Of a DNA stretch of 64,000 nt, positions 27,979 through 37,155 are shown one piece after another. A model generated the notes under the pieces. That model worked only from the letters and a program-made list of their open reading frames with translations, was not told the origin of the DNA and did not search any database. The position numbers and the translations under genes are program-made. Numbering within the stretch: the stretch's first letter is position 1; the number at the start of each line of letters is the position of its first letter. This DNA comes from an uncultured Candidatus Saccharibacteria bacterium (GTDB taxonomy: Bacteria; Patescibacteriota; Minisyncoccia; Phycocordibacterales; XYD1-FULL-46-19). The DNA is taken from contig CAZEAY010000002.1 of the NCBI GenBank assembly GCA_964510655.1, positions 26,613-90,612 of the forward strand, in the 5' to 3' direction.

Positions 27979-28818
27979 ATGAAATCCTACAAACCAACAA
28001 CCGCTTCTCGTCGTCACACCGTTACGATTGACTATCGTAAGCTTTTGAGTGGTGACAAACCAACTAAGTCTTTGACTAAGGGGGCCAAACGTCATGTTGG
28101 CCGCAACAATGTTGGCCGCATCACCGTTCGTCATAAGGGGGGTGGACATAAGCGAACTTTCCGCACCGTAGATTTTATTTATAATAAATTTAATATTCCC
28201 GCCAAGATTGAGACTATTGAATACGACCCAAATCGCTCCGCGTTTATTGCCCTAGTATGTTACAACGACGGCGAACGACGCTATCACGTTGTTCCTAGGG
28301 GGATGAAAGTAAACGATCGTTTCATTGTTTCTGAGGCCGCTGACCTAAAAACCGGCAACCGTTTGAAATTAAAAAATATTCCCGTTGGTACTTTTATCTA
28401 TAACTTAGAGATCAAACCTTTGGCTGGTGCTAAAATGATCCGCTCTGCCGGAAACTACGCCGAAGTTATGTCCAACGATGCTGGCTATACGATGGTTAAA
28501 ATGCCATCGACTGAAGTGCGCAAATTTGATGAAAATGCTTGGGCCTCAGTTGGAGAAATTTCCAACGAAGACCATCATCTAGAAAACTATGGTAAGGCGG
28601 GTAAATCTCGCTGGAAGGGTATTCGTCCAACTGTTCGCGGTACCGCTATGAACCCAGTTGATCACCCATACGGAGGAGGAGAAGGCGTCCAGGGTCGTGG
28701 TCTACGCCGAGCCAAGAGTATGTGGGGTAAGCCAACTGGCGGAGAGAAGACACGTACACCTAAGAAATACTCCAACTATCTTATCGTTTCTCGTCGGAAA
28801 GTAGGAAAAAAGAAATAA
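27979..28818 (+). CDS. rplB: 50S ribosomal protein L2
   Basis: It has the motif GRNNVGRITVRHKGGGHKR and is highly conserved as L2. Confidence 0.95.
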   Translation: MKSYKPTTASRRHTVTIDYRKLLSGDKPTKSLTKGAKRHVGRNNVGRITVRHKGGGHKRTFRTVDFIYNKFNIPAKIETIEYDPNRSAFIALVCYNDGERRYHVVPRGMKVNDRFIVSEAADLKTGNRLKLKNIPVGTFIYNLEIKPLAGAKMIRSAGNYAEVMSNDAGYTMVKMPSTEVRKFDENAWASVGEISNEDHHLENYGKAGKSRWKGIRPTVRGTAMNPVDHPYGGGEGVQGRGLRRAKSMWGKPTGGEKTRTPKKYSNYLIVSRRKVGKKK

Positions 28819-28830
28819 TTAACTCAACTA

Positions 28831-28860
28831 AAAATACCCCTAAAAATAGGGGTATTTTTG
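28831..28860 (+). terminator. Terminator after rplB (aaaatacccctaaaaataggggtattttt)
   Basis: A TACCCCTA/TAGGGGTA stem with a T-tract. It interrupts the normally contiguous rplB-rpsS junction. Confidence 0.75.
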
Positions 28861-28933
28861 ACATATACTCCCACCACTTGCTTTTTATATCTATATATGG
28901 TATAATATAAGAAGGTAAAAAAGGAGTAGTTCC

Positions 28934-29212
28934 ATGAAAAAGTATCTAGGTTTGGTTTTTCTGATGTGTCTGGTGGTATTGACCACCACGGGCTGTGCTT
29001 TCTTTACTCAGGATCACAGTGCCTACCTTCGAGAAAAACAGAAGATTCGTCAGGATCAAGGTGTTGGTCAAGTTGCCTCCTACGAATCAAATCGGTTGGC
29101 AGATCGAGAGCCTGTGACTTCAGGACTCATTGATCTGTGTATCGATATCGTGGCTTATCAGCGGGTAGTGAGGGATTGTTCTTCTTCCTCCACCACTTTG
29201 CAGGGTGAATAA
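28934..29212 (+). CDS. Small lipoprotein (signal peptide with lipobox LTTTG|C). SD-led gene with higher GC.
   Basis: An SD AAGGAG sits at 28921-28926, 7 nt before the ATG. It has MKKYLGLVFLMCLVVLTTTGC and is 92 aa. Confidence 0.5.
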   Translation: MKKYLGLVFLMCLVVLTTTGCAFFTQDHSAYLREKQKIRQDQGVGQVASYESNRLADREPVTSGLIDLCIDIVAYQRVVRDCSSSSTTLQGE

Positions 29213-29226
29213 CTTGACGACATGTA

Positions 29227-29262
29227 GCCCCCCTCAACCCTTTGGGTTGGGGGGATTTTTTA
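29227..29262 (+). terminator. GC-rich hairpin terminator (cccccctcaaccctttgggttggggggatttttt)
   Basis: An imperfect C6AACCC/GGGTTG6 stem followed by T-tracts. Confidence 0.6.
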
Positions 29263-29339
29263 TCCCCCCTTTTTTTATTGAGATAATTCTTCTCCGTGTT
29301 AAAATAAAAGGAATTTTACTAATCTATTAATTTTATTTT

Positions 29340-29807
29340 ATGTTGTTGGAAGCTTCACCCGTCATGATGGAGAATAAACCAAATATTTTTCGTCGCTGGG
29401 CGAGTCTCATCACTCTTTTTATTTTTATTTCGATTTTTAGTTTTGCCGCCTTTAATTATTTTTCTGGTTCTTCTCTAACAGCTGGTTTGTTTAATACCTC
29501 GGCTTATTGTAGTGATGATAAAGGAAATTCGGCGGTTATTCTGTATAACGGTATGCCGGTTGTGAATGTTGTCACTAAGCTAGTTGGAGAATCATCTACT
29601 ATCAAAAAAATTACTTACACTGATTATTTGGGAGAACTAAAAATTGTAATGGATCCCGTAGCGGCTGATCCTATTTTGGTTACTAATATAAAATCTGCCA
29701 TGACTAAAGCGGTCCAAAATTTAACAAAAGAGCAGTCTCTTAAGATAATTGAATTTTCGGCTACTAAATTTGTGACTGCTCCCTTTAAGTGCAAGTACAC
29801 TAAATAA
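29340..29807 (+). CDS. Hypothetical membrane-anchored protein (155 aa), upstream partner of the giant secreted protein
   Basis: An N-terminal TM helix (ITLFIFISIFSFAAFNYF), then a soluble domain. A 3-nt gap separates it from the next ORF, which suggests coupling. Confidence 0.45.
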   Translation: MLLEASPVMMENKPNIFRRWASLITLFIFISIFSFAAFNYFSGSSLTAGLFNTSAYCSDDKGNSAVILYNGMPVVNVVTKLVGESSTIKKITYTDYLGELKIVMDPVAADPILVTNIKSAMTKAVQNLTKEQSLKIIEFSATKFVTAPFKCKYTK

Positions 29808-29810
29808 TTT

Positions 29811-32800
29811 ATGACTAAAATTAAGTATTTTTTATTGAGTTTCCTGCTATTGTTTCCGTTTTTTGTTTCTGCCGTTGATGTTTTTACCACTAGTTACTTA
29901 AAGGAAAAATATCGACAGACTTATGCCACTTGTGGAGTTAAAGCTGTGCCTGGGAGCGATACTGTCCATGATTTGGGTCCCGTTGACAGTTATGGTCAAT
30001 GTTCTGGCTCCTATCCCGACGGATTGGCCGCCGACGCTTATTTGCCTGGTTGCAACCCAATAGCAGGAGAAACCTGGGGGCCTTGGGAGGGTCAGCTATT
30101 CCATGAAAAATCCGGGGCCACTTATCGTCCAGAAGAAATACATCAAGGTTCTACTGCTTATTGTGGTGTGGGCGTAATTAAGTGTGGGGAAGGCTTTAAT
30201 TTCAATGGGGTCACTATGACTGGTGATTATTGTAAGGCTCCGTACATCAAAGATGGTTTTTTTAGTAAGGATGGACAATATGTTGATGAATACTGTATTG
30301 ACTATCAAGCTCCGACTTTTTTAGGTAAATATATTACAGATGGAACAAAAATGGTTCAGTCTTGTTGCACTTCTTTAGCTCACCATGAGACTCACACTTT
30401 TCCTATTATCGGAGATGTAGCCAATGTATTGAGCCAGTGGAACTTGCCGCTGGCTGGAAATTTGGCCGCCGGGGTAAACAGTGCTTCACCGGTAGATTTG
30501 GTTAATAAGGCTAGTTACGATGAATGCTGTAAGGCTCCTGACCAATGTTATGAATTTGGTTTTAATGTGATTAACGCTAGCTTCGCCTTAATAAATCCTC
30601 CATCCACAGGGGCGGCCATCTTAATGACAATGGCTAATAGCATCTTAAATTCGGCGACGGGAGAAATTGGTAAGTATAAAAATCAAGTCTGTCGTTCAGC
30701 TGAACAATCTCAAAATGATCAAACTGCCGCCTCTTATATTGATGATGCTGCCACAATTACCAAACTAGTTAACACTTCTGGGGTAACAGATGTTTTAGCT
30801 AATATAACTTTCTATTTAAGAATTTTACCTACTTATAATAAATGTGGTGGTGGTTCTGCAAAAAATAATTCACCCAAGACTGGTCTCCTAGCCACAACGC
30901 TTGCTTCTAGTGATACTGTCTCAGGTTTCTCATTTACTCCCGAGGCTGCGGCTGGGGGTAAGAGCTGTTCCTTTAAGGTGGTAAAAGGTGGAGTGGATAC
31001 AAACCAACGTGTTTATGTTGCCAATAATTATGTTTTTTTGGATAGTCCAACTTTGAGTTTGAATTCTTCAAAACTCTTTAACAATCAGCCTGGTTACTCC
31101 ACCTCAATGTTAGAAAGAGCTAGGCAGATGGTTAGTCCAGCCATTTACACCCCTAATAAAACTTCTTGGTATTGGAATGGAATTAAGTTTGTTCAAGTAG
31201 ATGATCCTCTGACAGCCTTAAATTTGAATGTTATTTATGCTGGTGTCTCTGCGACTTCACCCGATTTCTTTAATTGTAATGTCAATGATATTCCGAATGT
31301 CGGTCATAGTAATTTGTTTAAAACATTTTTAGCCACTGCTCCAAGTTTATCAATGTGTCCAGTCATTAATTATGGTGATGCTAATAATGACAATCTTAAT
31401 AATTGGACGGACGTTCAGTGTTATCTAAATTTGTTAGGGGATAAGAGTTCCCCCGCCTGTAATCCAGATAAAAAATTAATGGCCTTTAATGACAATAGCG
31501 GGACTGTTATTACTGTCAATGACCTTATGAGAGAGTTGCATGTTATGTCTGACCCCAATCAGCTTATTTATTACAGTTCTGTTAAAAAATATTTAGCTGA
31601 GTCACCTTATAATACAAACTTGCAGTCATGCTTGTTTGGTCGCAATCCAAAAAATAATACATCTTTATTTTCTCCAGCCTTGCCAGATGTTGTGTATAAG
31701 GCGGTCTGCGGAAATAAACTAATTGAAGCTGGTGAGTCGTATGAAACCTGTCCCGCTGATGTGCCGGCACCGGTTGTTAATCCTACCCTCACCTTGATTC
31801 CCTCATCTGGCCTCACTCTTTCTCGGGGTGGAGTGCAGGTTTCAGCAACCACTACTCAATCTCTAGCAAATAATTCCGCAATCTCTTTAACTGCCACTAT
31901 ACCAGCTTCAACTTATTCATCTCGAGCTAGTTCGGTCTCTAAAAAAATCACCTGGACAGGAGTTGATCAAACTATTTGTCCACCTAAGACTGTTGATTGC
32001 AAAATAACCAGTGGAACAGTTTCTTGTTTAGCTCTTACTTCCACTTGTAACTTTACCCTTACTAAAAACACAACAATCCAGCCCAAGTTAGTTCAAATGG
32101 TTGGTATTCAGATTCCTGATACTCCTGCAGTTACTAATTTCACCGCCCCCACTTTTGACTATGGTGCTGGTCAACCATCTCATCGTCTCTGGTTAACCTT
32201 CAATGCCACCGGCTCAGTCAGTTCAATCACCAAGGTCCCTGGTTATGATAAATGCTTTAGCTTCACTGCTTCAACTGATACTGCCTCAGCCGCTTGTCCT
32301 CTTAACCAGCCTATTAAACCTGGTACTAAGTGTGGTATCTACTTACAGGCTAGTAGTGATCGTTGTGTCGTAGCAGTTAAATATCTAACTGGTACTAACA
32401 CGACTAATACTCGTTACTTTGAACAAATCTTCTACAATTCCACCCCTACCACTACGGGGAAAGATACGATTAAGGATCGGGGGACTCGAGCTCCGTCGCC
32501 AGATGATTTTATTCCAGTGGTCCTAACTTCTCCTGTGCCAACGCCAACACCGATTCCTGCGCCAGCTCCTGCTACAAGTCCAACTCCAGTCGTTAATTAC
32601 GCCCTCTCCCTCATTCGTCCTACTACTGGATCTCTAGCTTTCTACTCTTCTCTCAAACTTGTTGCCGCTGATATTACCACCTCTCTGCCAGCTGGCACTA
32701 AGGTTGATCTAAAAGTGAAACGCTCTCCAACTACTCAATCGGGAAGTTCCAGAGCCACTGGTTACAAACTTCGCGTGAACTGGGCTGGCACTTCTTGTCC

Positions 32801-33368
32801 AGAATCAATCACAGACTGCAGTGTTTCACCAGCGGCCATCACTTGTCCCGCGATTGAAACTACTTGTCTCTTTGACTTAACTAAAGATACTCGTGTAGCT
32901 CCTTCATTTACAGCAACACCCGAGTATCCCATCGATACCACCCCTAAAACCCTAACCCTCTCCGTTAACAACCAATCTACTGGCTACATTATCGGTAGCA
33001 AAGACATGGCTGCTAATCCCGTAGAATTCAACTGCGGTCAGGTGGAAGAAATTGGTAATGCTAAGATCTGGCCTGGCACAGCTTGTTCCCAAACCTATCC
33101 TCATGGAACAATTATCACTTTAGTGGCTTCTGTCCCCGGTAATCTCTCTGATGGTAAATCACTCACTCGTGGCACCTTCTCTGGCTGGGGGAGTAATTGT
33201 ACCTCGATGACCACTTGGACTGATATTACTGGTAAATCCTATCAAGCCTGTCAAATCAAACTTGAGGCTAACAAAACCATTTCTGCTTCTTTTACGGGAC
33301 CGACTTCGTGGTTGCTCCGGCCGTTTATCCAGCTCGGGAATATTTGGAACTCATTGTGGTCACGGTAG
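29811..33368 (+). CDS. Giant (1185 aa) Cys-rich secreted protein with internal 4-Cys repeat modules, a Pro/Thr linker, and a C-terminal domain shared with ORF 49365..52550
   Basis: It has the signal peptide MTKIKYFLLSFLLLFPFFVSA and many paired Cys. It has two internal repeats (CPPKTVDCKITSGTVSCLALTSTCNFTLTKNT and CPESITDCSVSPAAITCPAIETTCLFDLTKDT). A linker PVPTPTPIPAPAPATSPTPV follows. The C-terminal ~120 aa (NQSTGYIIGSK...FNCGQVEEIGNAKIWPGTACSQTYPHGTIITLVAS...) is homologous to the C-terminus of the 1061-aa protein. Confidence 0.7.
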   Translation: MTKIKYFLLSFLLLFPFFVSAVDVFTTSYLKEKYRQTYATCGVKAVPGSDTVHDLGPVDSYGQCSGSYPDGLAADAYLPGCNPIAGETWGPWEGQLFHEKSGATYRPEEIHQGSTAYCGVGVIKCGEGFNFNGVTMTGDYCKAPYIKDGFFSKDGQYVDEYCIDYQAPTFLGKYITDGTKMVQSCCTSLAHHETHTFPIIGDVANVLSQWNLPLAGNLAAGVNSASPVDLVNKASYDECCKAPDQCYEFGFNVINASFALINPPSTGAAILMTMANSILNSATGEIGKYKNQVCRSAEQSQNDQTAASYIDDAATITKLVNTSGVTDVLANITFYLRILPTYNKCGGGSAKNNSPKTGLLATTLASSDTVSGFSFTPEAAAGGKSCSFKVVKGGVDTNQRVYVANNYVFLDSPTLSLNSSKLFNNQPGYSTSMLERARQMVSPAIYTPNKTSWYWNGIKFVQVDDPLTALNLNVIYAGVSATSPDFFNCNVNDIPNVGHSNLFKTFLATAPSLSMCPVINYGDANNDNLNNWTDVQCYLNLLGDKSSPACNPDKKLMAFNDNSGTVITVNDLMRELHVMSDPNQLIYYSSVKKYLAESPYNTNLQSCLFGRNPKNNTSLFSPALPDVVYKAVCGNKLIEAGESYETCPADVPAPVVNPTLTLIPSSGLTLSRGGVQVSATTTQSLANNSAISLTATIPASTYSSRASSVSKKITWTGVDQTICPPKTVDCKITSGTVSCLALTSTCNFTLTKNTTIQPKLVQMVGIQIPDTPAVTNFTAPTFDYGAGQPSHRLWLTFNATGSVSSITKVPGYDKCFSFTASTDTASAACPLNQPIKPGTKCGIYLQASSDRCVVAVKYLTGTNTTNTRYFEQIFYNSTPTTTGKDTIKDRGTRAPSPDDFIPVVLTSPVPTPTPIPAPAPATSPTPVVNYALSLIRPTTGSLAFYSSLKLVAADITTSLPAGTKVDLKVKRSPTTQSGSSRATGYKLRVNWAGTSCPESITDCSVSPAAITCPAIETTCLFDLTKDTRVAPSFTATPEYPIDTTPKTLTLSVNNQSTGYIIGSKDMAANPVEFNCGQVEEIGNAKIWPGTACSQTYPHGTIITLVASVPGNLSDGKSLTRGTFSGWGSNCTSMTTWTDITGKSYQACQIKLEANKTISASFTGPTSWLLRPFIQLGNIWNSLWSR

Positions 33369-33438
33369 TTTGAATAAAAATTTTAAGTTAAAAAAAGAAC
33401 CCCAGGTGGTAATCCTGGGGTTTTGTTTATCCTTTGGT

Positions 33439-33945
33439 TTATGGCCAGCTAACCTCTTGGAAGATCTCGGTTTTCTTGATTAGAGTCTCTTCCTCAATTT
33501 CTTTTAGTACTCCGTCTGTTGTGGGCTGTTGCTTACCTTGGGTGGTTTGGGAAATGGCGCAGGTCGGTGCCCCATTTTCATCGAGACTCCCGTAGTCGAT
33601 TATGTGCCAACCTTCTTTCTTTAGGGCTACAATCTCGGTAGGAGTGAGGTAGGCTCCGAGGATAATGTTAGTTCGGTTATTTTGAATGTTCATTACCCAC
33701 CAGAAGGTGTTTTTGCGGTGTTTGGCCCTACCCCAAGCGGTGACATGTCCTTTTTCCAGGTGAGCATTGGCTCGGCTGTAACTGGTGTGGACTTGTCCCC
33801 AGTTTAGCCTAATAAAGTCAGGCAAAGGGTTCGTTATGGGGCTAAGATTTTTTGTCTGTATTTCGTTGGTATCCACCAACGGCTTAGCACAACTGCACCA
33901 CAGCATAATGCCTAGAAATAAGGCTAAAATGCCTAACTTGCTCAT
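33439..33945 (-). CDS. Hypothetical lipoprotein/secreted protein (168 aa), function unknown. It may be cell-wall related.
   Basis: It has the signal peptide MSKLGILALFLGIMLWCSC (lipobox-like) and a His/Trp-rich core (HVTAWGRAKHRKNTFWW). Confidence 0.4.
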   Translation of the reverse strand: MSKLGILALFLGIMLWCSCAKPLVDTNEIQTKNLSPITNPLPDFIRLNWGQVHTSYSRANAHLEKGHVTAWGRAKHRKNTFWWVMNIQNNRTNIILGAYLTPTEIVALKKEGWHIIDYGSLDENGAPTCAISQTTQGKQQPTTDGVLKEIEEETLIKKTEIFQEVSWP

Positions 33946-34394
33946 TGGCGGGCTCCTTATTTGTGAAATGAGACCTAATTATTTAGGATCTTCTTTAATT
34001 ATACCACAATTTGTTAAAAAGTACAATAGAAAGGTGGTTCTAATCCCTTTTTTACTTACAATCTTTCCACCTAAAAGAGGTGCCTTCTGGTGAATTGTTC
34101 AAGATATTGCTTTGTTTGACATTATTATTTTTTTTGCTATGATTAGGTTCGAGTTAGTTTAGTGTTATTTACTATTAACTCGATTTGCAAAAGTCTTGTT
34201 TTTCTGGGACCCCTATCGAGGTTCGATATCCGTGTGCTCAGTCGGGAGGCGGATGGACCGTGGTATAGGATTTTTATTTTGCGATTTTTATTCGTAAAAA
34301 TCGCGTCCGAATCAGCAGATTCGCGGCTTGGCCGCAGGATGGTTGTTTCGATGCAAGGATATAGATAAATATTAAAGAAAAATAGTTTAATTCA

Positions 34395-34748
34395 ATGCCA
34401 AGATCACTTAAAAAAGGACCATATATCGAAGAACGGTTAATGAAGAAAATTACCGGCAAGAAACCACAGGAAACTGGGGTAATTAAAACGTGGTCACGTC
34501 GTAGTCAGATTAGTCCAGAAATGGTAGGTTTTACTTTTGGTGTTCATAACGGCAAGAGCCATATTGAAGTTTTTGCCACTGAGGATATGGTTGGACATCG
34601 TTTGGGGGAATTTTCTCCAACTAAGAAGTTCTTACGCCACGGAGGTAAGATGCAGAAAGAGTTAGAACAGAAGAAGAAAGAGTCAGAAATTGCGGCGGCT
34701 AAATCTGCCAAAGAAACCACCGCGGCGGGAGCTGGTAAGAAAAAATAA
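34395..34748 (+). CDS. rpsS: 30S ribosomal protein S19, with a Lys-rich C-terminal tail
   Basis: The S19 core is present (SLKKGPY, WSRRS, HNGK). Confidence 0.9.
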   Translation: MPRSLKKGPYIEERLMKKITGKKPQETGVIKTWSRRSQISPEMVGFTFGVHNGKSHIEVFATEDMVGHRLGEFSPTKKFLRHGGKMQKELEQKKKESEIAAAKSAKETTAAGAGKKK

Positions 34749-34754
34749 TAAAAC

Positions 34755-35204
34755 ATGAAAGCATACCTCTCAAACTATCATCAATCTCCTCGCAAGGTTC
34801 GCTTAGTAGCCTCTTTAATTAAAGGCAAGAAAGTGAATGAAGCGATGGTAGAACTAGACTTCGTTCTCAAGCGGGCGTCTTTGCCGATTAAACAACTTAT
34901 TGCTTCGGCCGTCGCTAACGCTAAAAATAATTTCGACACAGAGAAAAACGATTTATATATCAAAGAATTAAGGGTTGATAAGGGAATTGTTATGCGCCGA
35001 ATGATTCCAGGTGCTCGGGGACGAGGCTATCCTTTGAAGCGTCGCTCTAGTCATATTTCCGTTCTTTTGGATATCAAAGGAGAAGAGAAAAAGAAATCAA
35101 AAGGTAAGAACCAAAAGGTAAAAACCGAAGAGGTTAAGGTTGAAAAAACAAAGAAGACTGTTGTTAAAAAACCAGCCGTTAAAAAAGCTGTCACTAAAAA
35201 ATAA
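34755..35204 (+). CDS. rplV: 50S ribosomal protein L22, with a long Lys-rich C-terminal tail
   Basis: An L22 core is followed by KGEEKKKSKGKNQKVKTEEVK...KK. Confidence 0.85.
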   Translation: MKAYLSNYHQSPRKVRLVASLIKGKKVNEAMVELDFVLKRASLPIKQLIASAVANAKNNFDTEKNDLYIKELRVDKGIVMRRMIPGARGRGYPLKRRSSHISVLLDIKGEEKKKSKGKNQKVKTEEVKVEKTKKTVVKKPAVKKAVTKK

Positions 35205-35206
35205 TC

Positions 35207-35869
35207 ATGACTCATAGCGTTCACCCATATTCACATAGATTAGGCGTTATCCGAGATTGGAAATCTCGCTGGTTTGGTACTCAGGGTAAATACCAAGAGT
35301 TTCTAAAGACCGATGTTTTGTTGCGCGAATTTTTAGAGAAGCGTTTCCGTGGTTTTTATGTTGATTCGATTGAAATGGAACGCAGTGAAAATGCTTATAA
35401 AGTGATCATCAAGACATCTCGCCCAGGTATGATTATTGGCCGTAGTGGCGAAGGGGCAGTGAAGCTTAAGAACGATATTATGAAGCAATTACACCGCTTA
35501 AATGTCACTATCCCTAAAGAAGTTAAAATTGATATTGAAGAAGTGAAAGATCCTGATTCCCATGCTGCAATTGTTGCTTATGGTATTGCCGAAGCTTTGG
35601 AAAAGCGTTTGCCTTTCCGTCGCGTCATGAAACAAGCAGTTGAGCGCGTAATGGCTGACAAAAATGTTCTCGGAGTAAAAGTGACTTTGTCCGGTCGTTT
35701 GGGTGGAGCGGAAATGGGTCGCATTGAAAGTCTTAGAAACGGTCAAGTGCCTCTACAGACTTTGCGTGCCGATATCGATTTTGCTCGTGAGAAGGCCTAT
35801 CTCTCTTATGGCGTTATTGGGGTTAAGGTCTGGATTAACCGGGGGGAAATTTTTGAGGCTAAGAAATAA
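35207..35869 (+). CDS. rpsC: 30S ribosomal protein S3
   Basis: S3 KH-domain motifs are present and the gene order fits. Confidence 0.9.
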   Translation: MTHSVHPYSHRLGVIRDWKSRWFGTQGKYQEFLKTDVLLREFLEKRFRGFYVDSIEMERSENAYKVIIKTSRPGMIIGRSGEGAVKLKNDIMKQLHRLNVTIPKEVKIDIEEVKDPDSHAAIVAYGIAEALEKRLPFRRVMKQAVERVMADKNVLGVKVTLSGRLGGAEMGRIESLRNGQVPLQTLRADIDFAREKAYLSYGVIGVKVWINRGEIFEAKK

Positions 35870-35874
35870 ATACC

Positions 35875-36294
35875 ATGTTGTTACCTAAAAAAGTAAAATT
35901 TCGTAAATGGCAAACTGGTCGGATTAATCCGAACAAAGTTCGCGTTGAGACTAGAGGTACAGAGTTATCTTTCGGTTCTTTTGGTCTCAAAGCAGAAACA
36001 ACCGGGCGAGTAAAGTCTAACCAAATTGAAGCTGCTCGAAAAACCATTGCTCGTAATATGGGTAAGACTGGTAAGTTGTGGATCCGTATTTTTCCTGACC
36101 GTCCTTTTACTCGTAAGGGGGCCGAAGTGGGTATGGGTAAAGGTAAGGGAGATCCTCAGGGTTATGAGGTTGAGATTTTTCCTGGTCGGGTTTTATTTGA
36201 AGTCGATGGTTTGGAGGAAACCTTGGCAAGAGAGTCTCTTCGCAAGGCTGGCGCCAAATTACCGCTTAAATCGAAAGTAGTTTCCCGTAACTAA
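35875..36294 (+). CDS. rplP: 50S ribosomal protein L16
   Basis: It has an L16/L10e fold and the motif MLLPKKVKFRK. Confidence 0.9.
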   Translation: MLLPKKVKFRKWQTGRINPNKVRVETRGTELSFGSFGLKAETTGRVKSNQIEAARKTIARNMGKTGKLWIRIFPDRPFTRKGAEVGMGKGKGDPQGYEVEIFPGRVLFEVDGLEETLARESLRKAGAKLPLKSKVVSRN

Positions 36295-36295
36295 T

Positions 36296-36493
36296 ATGAA
36301 AACAAAAATTACTGAAACAAATGAAAAAGAATTAGTAAGTATGTTGGCCGCCAAGCGAACAGAATTGTCCAATTTTAGATTTGGTATCGCTGGTACTAAG
36401 GTTAAGAACGTTAAAACTATCCGTAATTTGCGTCGTCAGATTGCTCAGATTTTGACCAAATTAAATGTGTTTGCTAAGACAACTGCGAAATAA
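36296..36493 (+). CDS. rpmC: 50S ribosomal protein L29
   Basis: A 65-aa helical protein at the L29 position. Confidence 0.8.
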   Translation: MKTKITETNEKELVSMLAAKRTELSNFRFGIAGTKVKNVKTIRNLRRQIAQILTKLNVFAKTTAK

Positions 36494-36498
36494 TTTAT

Positions 36499-36756
36499 AT
36501 GGAAAAGATTACCCCACAAATAAATAAAGAAACTGGTAAGACTCTAACGGGAGTTGTTGTTTCTGATAAGATGGACAAGACTGTTGTTGTTTCGGTTAGT
36601 CGCTTTATCAAAGTTCCAAAATACAACAAATATATTTCGCGTGATAAAAAATTCAAAGCCCACGATCCAGAGAACAAGTGTAAAGTGGGTGATCGTGTAA
36701 CAATCCGCGAAACCAGGCCGATTTCTAAAGATAAGCATTTTGAAGTAATCTTCTAA
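36499..36756 (+). CDS. rpsQ: 30S ribosomal protein S17
   Basis: S17 OB-fold ([14 protein letters not shown]). Confidence 0.85.
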   Translation: MEKITPQINKETGKTLTGVVVSDKMDKTVVVSVSRFIKVPKYNKYISRDKKFKAHDPENKCKVGDRVTIRETRPISKDKHFEVIF

Positions 36757-36766
36757 TACCACTACC

Positions 36767-37138
36767 ATGATACAAGACCGTTCTCTAGTAAAAATAGCTG
36801 ACAACACTGGCGCCAAAATTGGTCGCGTGTTTAAAGTACTTGGTCATTCTAAAAAGCGCTATGCGGGCATTGGTGATTTGGTAGTTATTTCTATCCAGAC
36901 TGCTGAGCCTCGTAAGGCGATTAAGAAGAAAGATGTTGTTCAGGCGGTTGTGGTTCGGACTAAAAATTCTTTCCGCCGTAAGGATGGCTCCTATGTTCGT
37001 TTTGATGAAAACGCCGTAGTTATTTTGGAAAAAGATAAAAAAGATCCAAAGGGCGGACGTATCTTTGGTCCTATTCCACGTGAAATGGCCGAATTAGGTT
37101 ATCAGAAAATTATTTCTTTGGCCCCCGAAGTTGTCTAG
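36767..37138 (+). CDS. rplN: 50S ribosomal protein L14
   Basis: It has MIQDRSLVKIADNTGAK and is highly conserved as L14. Confidence 0.95.
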   Translation: MIQDRSLVKIADNTGAKIGRVFKVLGHSKKRYAGIGDLVVISIQTAEPRKAIKKKDVVQAVVVRTKNSFRRKDGSYVRFDENAVVILEKDKKDPKGGRIFGPIPREMAELGYQKIISLAPEVV

Positions 37139-37155
37139 ACAATAGAATAAATATT

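Noticed and set aside
34205-34265. GC-rich segment with GGTTCGATATCC resembling a tRNA T-arm (possible tRNA remnant or island att site)
   Set aside because: The flanking bases do not form a T-stem or an acceptor stem, so no cloverleaf can be drawn. It is probably a coincidental match.
34162-34368. ORF 34162..34368 (+) and 34274..34459 (-) in the noncoding block before rpsS
   Set aside because: There is no start context. The region is dominated by inverted repeats (for example 34279-34302) and reads better as regulatory or leader RNA than as protein.
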